From: Promethearchaeota archaeon
GTDB taxonomy: Archaea > Asgardarchaeota > Lokiarchaeia > Sigyniarchaeales > SOKP01
Reading direction: 5' to 3'
Assembly: GCA_016839585.1 (NCBI GenBank)
Contig: JAEOTZ010000071.1
Location: forward strand, 1 to 64,000
Length of the DNA stretch: 64,000 nucleotides
The notes under the pieces are model-generated. The model saw only the letters and a program-made list of their open reading frames with translations. It searched no databases and was not told where the DNA came from. Positions 59,365 through 64,000 of the stretch are shown here, one piece after another. Numbering within the stretch: position 1 is the first letter of the stretch; every line of letters starts with the position of its first letter. Both the position numbers and the translations under genes were made by a program.

Positions 59365-60336
59365 GTGATTAAAAAAATGCCAGACGTGCGGATAAAAACA
59401 CCTAATCTAGATGATATTTTCGAAAAATGGAAGCAACGTGCTGTAAGAAAAGATCGCAAAAATATGGAAAAGCAATTTGGAACAAAAGGAGCCATATTTT
59501 CCCTAGATGCTGTAAGTGCAGCAGAATATGTAAAAGAAACTATGAAGGAAGCCGCAATATATTTTGCTGTTAAAAAAACTCTTGGAGCAGTTCCCAAAGG
59601 GAAGGATGAAAATACAATTTTGGCACCTAAAGTGGGCAGAGAAACATATTATTCTTTTAAAGGTGCTGGTAAAATAAATAAAGAAAATTGGAAAGATGAT
59701 GAAAAAGTTCCTATGTATGAATCAATTCAAGCAGTTCCATGTAAATCATGTAAAGGTAAAGGCTATATTGATGATAAATGTAAAACATGTAAAGGAACCG
59801 GAAAGATAGAAGAAAATCTGATGGTTTTAGAAGGCGAAGAACAAAAAAAGGAAAAGAAACCGTTCTCGTATCCTTGTGCTGCCTGCTATGGGACGGGAAA
59901 TAGGCGGGAGCAATGTAAAGACTGTGGAGGGCATAAAAATATGTATAAGTATGAAATTCTTCCTGTTCCCTTCCAAACTGTAGTTACTGGAGTTCCTATA
60001 CTTCATAGCTCCGCTCAGACGAAATATGAGAAGGAAATTGGAGAAGATCTTCATAAAATGATAGAAGAAGTTGAGGGAATCAGATTTAGTGAGTTTAAGG
60101 ATTTAGAATCTAAAGTGGAACCCTCTCTTGGTTATTGGAATAAAAATATTAAGAAAACTATCTCTGCAGCAGCAAATGATTATAAAAACTATCAAAAAGA
60201 TAAAGATTCACAAATTACTACTCAGATCTACCTCTTTCCCATGATTCAAATGTTTTGTGAGACTAAAAAAGGCTCCAAATTCGAAATTTATAGTCTTGGT
60301 TCAGGAAATAAATTTATGGTATATTCAAATTTCTAA
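59365..60336 (+). CDS. DnaJ-type CxxCxGxG zinc-finger protein without a J-domain (SSUH2-like; start may be ATG at 59377)
   Basis: CKSCKGKG, CKTCKGTG, CAACYGTG, CKDCGG; no HPD motif. Confidence 0.75.
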   Translation: MIKKMPDVRIKTPNLDDIFEKWKQRAVRKDRKNMEKQFGTKGAIFSLDAVSAAEYVKETMKEAAIYFAVKKTLGAVPKGKDENTILAPKVGRETYYSFKGAGKINKENWKDDEKVPMYESIQAVPCKSCKGKGYIDDKCKTCKGTGKIEENLMVLEGEEQKKEKKPFSYPCAACYGTGNRREQCKDCGGHKNMYKYEILPVPFQTVVTGVPILHSSAQTKYEKEIGEDLHKMIEEVEGIRFSEFKDLESKVEPSLGYWNKNIKKTISAAANDYKNYQKDKDSQITTQIYLFPMIQMFCETKKGSKFEIYSLGSGNKFMVYSNF

Positions 60337-60571
60337 AAAATTCTATTTTTTTATTTTACTTTTTATATTTTTTTACTGTTTTTCTCTCTTTATGGACATC
60401 CATTGATAAAAATAATAGAAACTAAATTCTTGAAAAAATTATTAATATTTGGTTTTTAATTAGCTCATATATATTTTAGGCTTAAAATTAAAAAGATTTA
60501 TATATAAAATATAATTTGTATAAGTTGGGACTTATTATAAGTTTAAACTTATATTTCTAAAATGATGAAAT

Positions 60572-61186
60572 ATGGAAGATCAGAAGGTAATATCCAAAGA
60601 TAGGTATAATAATAAAAGAAAAAGTTTTGTAGGTTATTTATTACCTGTTGATCCATTATCGATATCTACAATTGGAATATTTGCGGCATTAACATGTGTT
60701 ATTACTATGGTTATTGCATTTCCTATTCCTGCTACTCAAGGTTTTATAAATATAGGGGATGCTGTTGTAATGATAACGGGACTTTTGTTTGGACCCATTA
60801 TAGGATCCATTTCTGGTGGTGTTGGTTCAGCCTTAGCAGATTTATTTTTAGGATATACTATTTATGCTCCTGCTACTTTAATTATTAAAGGTTTAGAAGG
60901 ACTGTTTGTTGGATTAATTTCAAATCCCAGAAAGAATTATGCTAAATTAAATTATAGAGATATAATTGGAATTCTAATAGGTGGAATTACAATGGTTTTT
61001 GGCTATTTTATTTATGAGGTTATAATTTTTGGTGTTCCCAGTGCATTATATGAATTTGTTCTAAACGGAATAATACAATTTGGCTTAGGAGGATTAATAG
61101 CCTTCATCTTTATAATCTCTGCTAGAAAAAATATCGTCGATAATTTACCACAAGTCTTCGATAAAATATTTATAATTGAATCATAA
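60572..61186 (+). CDS. ECF transporter S component
   Basis: IP.P.TQGFINIGD, GGVGSALADL..GY..YAP.TLIIKGLEG. Confidence 0.9.
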   Translation: MEDQKVISKDRYNNKRKSFVGYLLPVDPLSISTIGIFAALTCVITMVIAFPIPATQGFINIGDAVVMITGLLFGPIIGSISGGVGSALADLFLGYTIYAPATLIIKGLEGLFVGLISNPRKNYAKLNYRDIIGILIGGITMVFGYFIYEVIIFGVPSALYEFVLNGIIQFGLGGLIAFIFIISARKNIVDNLPQVFDKIFIIES

Positions 61187-62599
61187 CAAAGTTATTAGAA
61201 CATCTAAAGCATCCAGTACTTTTTTACCACTATCAGTTATGAAGTATAATACTTTCTTTCCTTCTTTTATTCTGGATATCAATTCTCTTGTTTCTAATTC
61301 TTTTAAATGTTGATAAATTGCTGCTAAAGAAATACTTTCCATAGTTTCCTTAATTCTTGTTCCAGTTATTCCTTTAATACTAGATAAAGAAATCTGTGAT
61401 AAAATTTTTAATTTAGTTATGATTATTGAACCTTTTCCAGTTGTTTTGGTTTGGGAAGAAATAGCTTCCAATACATAAGGAGCTTTCAAACCACTTGCAG
61501 TAATGAGGCATACAATTTTTTCATGGTCTTCAAATATATTTTTTTGCAGTAATAGTCGAATTGCTCCAAAGGTTAAAGCAGAGGCTGGTTCGGCAAAAAT
61601 TCCTTCATTTCTTATAAGCTCATCAATTGAACTTAATATCAAATTTTCTGGAACAGCAATCACAGTTCCCTTACTCTCTTTAATACATCTGATAGCTAAT
61701 TCTTTATATATTGGTTTTTTAACCAATATTCCTAACGCAAGAGAATTATGTGTTTCGTTGTTTGTTGGATTATATCCCTTAAACTCTAAAAACCCATTTA
61801 CAATAGGAGATGAGACTTGAGATTGTACACCAACTAATTTTGGAATAGTACTAATAACATTCGCATCTTTAAGCTCATTAAATCCTTTCCATAAGCTAAC
61901 TAATAATTGTCCACTACCCATAGGAATAATAACCAGATCTATTTTTCCGATTTGACTGATCATTTCATAAGCAATAGTTTTTTCAGCTTCAAGAGTAAGT
62001 GGATTTAATTCAGGAGTACATTGATAGTATTCAGTAAGTTCCTTCTGTTTTAGAATAAAATCAATTGCATCATCTACAGTATCTCCAACTAATTTTAAAT
62101 CAGAATTATATGCTATCATTTGAGCTTTCTTACCTACATCGATTTTTTCAGGTATTATGTTTAAGCATCCTATTCCTTCTGTTGATGTGTAGGCTGCAAC
62201 AGAAGCTCCCTGATTCCCGTTAGAGGCACAAATAACTTTTTTGAAGTCCCAACTACGAGCATGAGAAATAAGAAGTGCTGCACAGCGATCTTTAAAAGAA
62301 TTAGTTGGATTTTGAGACTCATCCTTGAAATAAAGGTATTCAATACCTAATTTCCTGCCAAACTTTTTAGAAGCTAGGCATGGAGTTCCACCCTCTCCTC
62401 GAGTAATATGAAAACCTGAACTAATTGGAGGGAAAGCAAATTTGTAATCCCATATATTATTTACAATCTTTTTTAGAGGAAATTTCTCTTTTATTGAATC
62501 AAGTTTTGGCTTAAACCAAAGCAATCCTTTACATTCAGGACATTTATATTCTATTGATGATTTAAACTCAAACTCTTTTTTGCATTTGATGCATGTCAA
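61181..62599 (-). CDS. thrC: Threonine synthase-like PLP enzyme with an N-terminal Zn ribbon and a C-terminal winged HTH
   Basis: GEGGTP, KDESQNPTNSFKDR, CASNGN, EGIFAEPASA, ITASGLK; C-terminal ISLAAIYQHLKELE...YFITDSG. Confidence 0.8.
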   Translation of the reverse strand: MTCIKCKKEFEFKSSIEYKCPECKGLLWFKPKLDSIKEKFPLKKIVNNIWDYKFAFPPISSGFHITRGEGGTPCLASKKFGRKLGIEYLYFKDESQNPTNSFKDRCAALLISHARSWDFKKVICASNGNQGASVAAYTSTEGIGCLNIIPEKIDVGKKAQMIAYNSDLKLVGDTVDDAIDFILKQKELTEYYQCTPELNPLTLEAEKTIAYEMISQIGKIDLVIIPMGSGQLLVSLWKGFNELKDANVISTIPKLVGVQSQVSSPIVNGFLEFKGYNPTNNETHNSLALGILVKKPIYKELAIRCIKESKGTVIAVPENLILSSIDELIRNEGIFAEPASALTFGAIRLLLQKNIFEDHEKIVCLITASGLKAPYVLEAISSQTKTTGKGSIIITKLKILSQISLSSIKGITGTRIKETMESISLAAIYQHLKELETRELISRIKEGKKVLYFITDSGKKVLDALDVLITLL

Positions 62600-62786
62600 A
62601 AGAAGAGGTTTGCTGATAGGATAATTACCTCGTTGATAATTTTTAAATTATTATAATTATTTATTGATCATTTTAATAATTAAAGTCTCTGAACATTACT
62701 TTTTATTTTTTGTATCCCATCCTCTTTTTATAAAAAAGAATAAGTGATTATGTCTTTTTGGGATAGAAATATTTAAATTATATTGA

Positions 62787-62823
62787 TTACGATTATTCGT
62801 AAATAATTTCCGATCATTCGTAA
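62787..62823. promoter_or_regulatory. Tandem palindromic operator (TTACGA-N4-TCGTAA, two copies) upstream of the ZIP/DtxR-like genes
   Basis: TTACGATTATTCGTAA 62787-62802 and TTCCGATCATTCGTAA 62808-62823, 21-bp offset, just downstream of ATTTAAAT. Confidence 0.7.
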
Positions 62824-62859
62824 ATCTGAAATAATTAATCTTAGAGGTATAAATTTAAA

Positions 62860-63615
62860 ATGTTATTATGGGTTATCTTATTTAGCGTTTTAGGAAGTAT
62901 AGGGGCAATAATAGCAGCTTCACTTTTCATTTTATTAGGTGAAAAAATTCAAAATAAATTAGTTACAGCATTGCTCTCTTTTGCAACGGGAACTTTACTC
63001 ACAGCTGCACTAATGGGGTTGATCCCTGAAGCAATTGAAGCTGTTGGAGAACCACATCTAATTACTCCAATAATTTTAGGAGGATTACTTTTTTTCTTCT
63101 TCTTAGAAAAATTTCTGATATGGAGAAATTGTCAAGTTAAAGAATGTGAGGTTCATGCTCATGCTCCTGGACCGTTAGTATTAGTTGGTGATGCTTTTCA
63201 CAATTTCACTGATGGGATAGTAATAGCAGCAGCGTTTCTTACTAGTTTTAATATAGGTTTAGCAGTGGGTTTTACTATTATTATGCATGAAATTCCTCAA
63301 GAGACTGGAGATTTCGCAATATTACTACATGATGGAATGTCAAAAAAGAAAGCTCTTATATATAATTTATTATCAAGTTCAGCAACAATACCTGCTGCGA
63401 TTATTAGTTTCTTTATTTTAGATATTTTTGCAACAACAGTTCCAATCTTTTTGGCAATTTCAGCAGCTAGCTTTCTCTATATAGCTTTATCAGATCTGAT
63501 ACCTCAACTTCACGAAAAGACAGAAACTAAAGAAATAATTAAGCAGCTACTTTTAGTTATTACAGGAATACTATTAATGGCTTTAATCCTCTCTATTGGA
63601 GGTCATAATCATTAA
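62860..63615 (+). CDS. ZIP-family metal transporter
   Basis: SFATGTLL, LIPEA, GDAFHNFTDG, HEIPQETGDF, FLYIALSDLIP. Confidence 0.93.
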   Translation: MLLWVILFSVLGSIGAIIAASLFILLGEKIQNKLVTALLSFATGTLLTAALMGLIPEAIEAVGEPHLITPIILGGLLFFFFLEKFLIWRNCQVKECEVHAHAPGPLVLVGDAFHNFTDGIVIAAAFLTSFNIGLAVGFTIIMHEIPQETGDFAILLHDGMSKKKALIYNLLSSSATIPAAIISFFILDIFATTVPIFLAISAASFLYIALSDLIPQLHEKTETKEIIKQLLLVITGILLMALILSIGGHNH

Positions 63616-63634
63616 AAGTTAATTCTCTTTAAAT

Positions 63635-64000
63635 ATGTTAGATATAGATTATCAAATTTTGAAAATTATTTATAGGACTAATGGGAATGCTAGGTTAAAG
63701 CATATTCAAGATGAAATTAAAACTGTAAAAGGAATTAAAATCCCACTATCAACAATTAATAGCTGTATTGAGAGACTTGAGAAGAAAAAATATGTTGATT
63801 GGATTAGGTATTCTCCTCTTAAATTAACAGAGCGTGGTACTGATTTAGCTAAAGAATTAATACGCCATGCTCGATTATTGGAATTACTATTATATAATGA
63901 ATTAGAGTTAAGCGCTGAAGAAGCTCATACTGAAAGTGAAAAGTTCAATTTGCTTTTTTCATGTGAAACAATAAATAGGATCTGTGAAAAATATTCTCAT
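63635..64000 (+). CDS. DtxR/MntR-family metal-dependent regulator, 3'-truncated by the window edge (absent from the ORF track)
   Basis: Translated by hand: MLDIDYQILKIIY...STINSCIERLEKKKYV...LTERG..LAKELIRHARLLE...EEAHTESE. Confidence 0.88.
   Translation, partial: MLDIDYQILKIIYRTNGNARLKHIQDEIKTVKGIKIPLSTINSCIERLEKKKYVDWIRYSPLKLTERGTDLAKELIRHARLLELLLYNELELSAEEAHTESEKFNLLFSCETINRICEKYSH

Noticed and set aside
773-61820. Many short antisense or alternate-frame ORFs in the track (for example 2860..3192, 9840..10172, 11139..11456, 20483..21025, 38305..38487, 49102..49425, 61503..61820)
   Set aside because: They overlap well-supported genes or consist of F/I/L/S/K-biased sequence with no motifs, as expected for shadows in AT-rich DNA
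28752-62599. A cysteate-synthase plus ComDE coenzyme M pathway using the thrC-like gene
   Set aside because: The genes are over 30 kb apart, and the PLP enzyme looks like a ThrC-HTH fusion with no evidence for cysteate synthase specificity
1-64000. tRNA, rRNA, transposase, integrase or proviral genes
   Set aside because: No GC-rich structured RNA islands or mobile-element proteins were recognised by eye; a tRNAscan or Infernal run would be needed to exclude small RNAs

Overview
Very AT-rich (roughly 25-30% GC by eye), gene-dense archaeal DNA, almost certainly from an Asgard archaeon of the Lokiarchaeia type. Archaeal markers (RadA, ADP-forming acetate-CoA ligase beta subunit, COG1202-type helicase, polyprenyl synthase, ComDE) sit among many eukaryotic-signature-like proteins: an actin-related protein, a roadblock-Rab-like GTPase fusion, three longin-like proteins, an Rpn11-like JAMM protein, PCI/winged-helix proteins and an SDS22-like LRR protein. 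Housekeeping genes cover histidine catabolism (hutH, hutI, formiminotransferase), purine/C1 metabolism (guaB, purH, folD), lipid-linked glycosylation and transport. The top finding is a gene the ORF track truncates. 21680..22027 reads as a 115-aa HesB/IscA-like protein with an in-frame UGA (21803-21805) at the position of the family's first conserved Cys. A eukaryote-type SECIS hairpin (AUGA...AAAAA...GA kink-turn) follows, its core starting about 25 nt after the stop, so this is a candidate unannotated Asgard selenoprotein. Other highlights: an actin with a four-knuckle zinc-ribbon insertion and altered catalytic residues; a receptor-like 1566-aa ectodomain-TM-longin protein; a PCI/CCHC-finger/JAMM neighbourhood; two operator-like repeats next to plausible cognate regulators; and a missed 53-aa ORF. 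No tRNA, rRNA, CRISPR array or mobile element was recognised. All family calls come from motif recognition by eye, not database searches.
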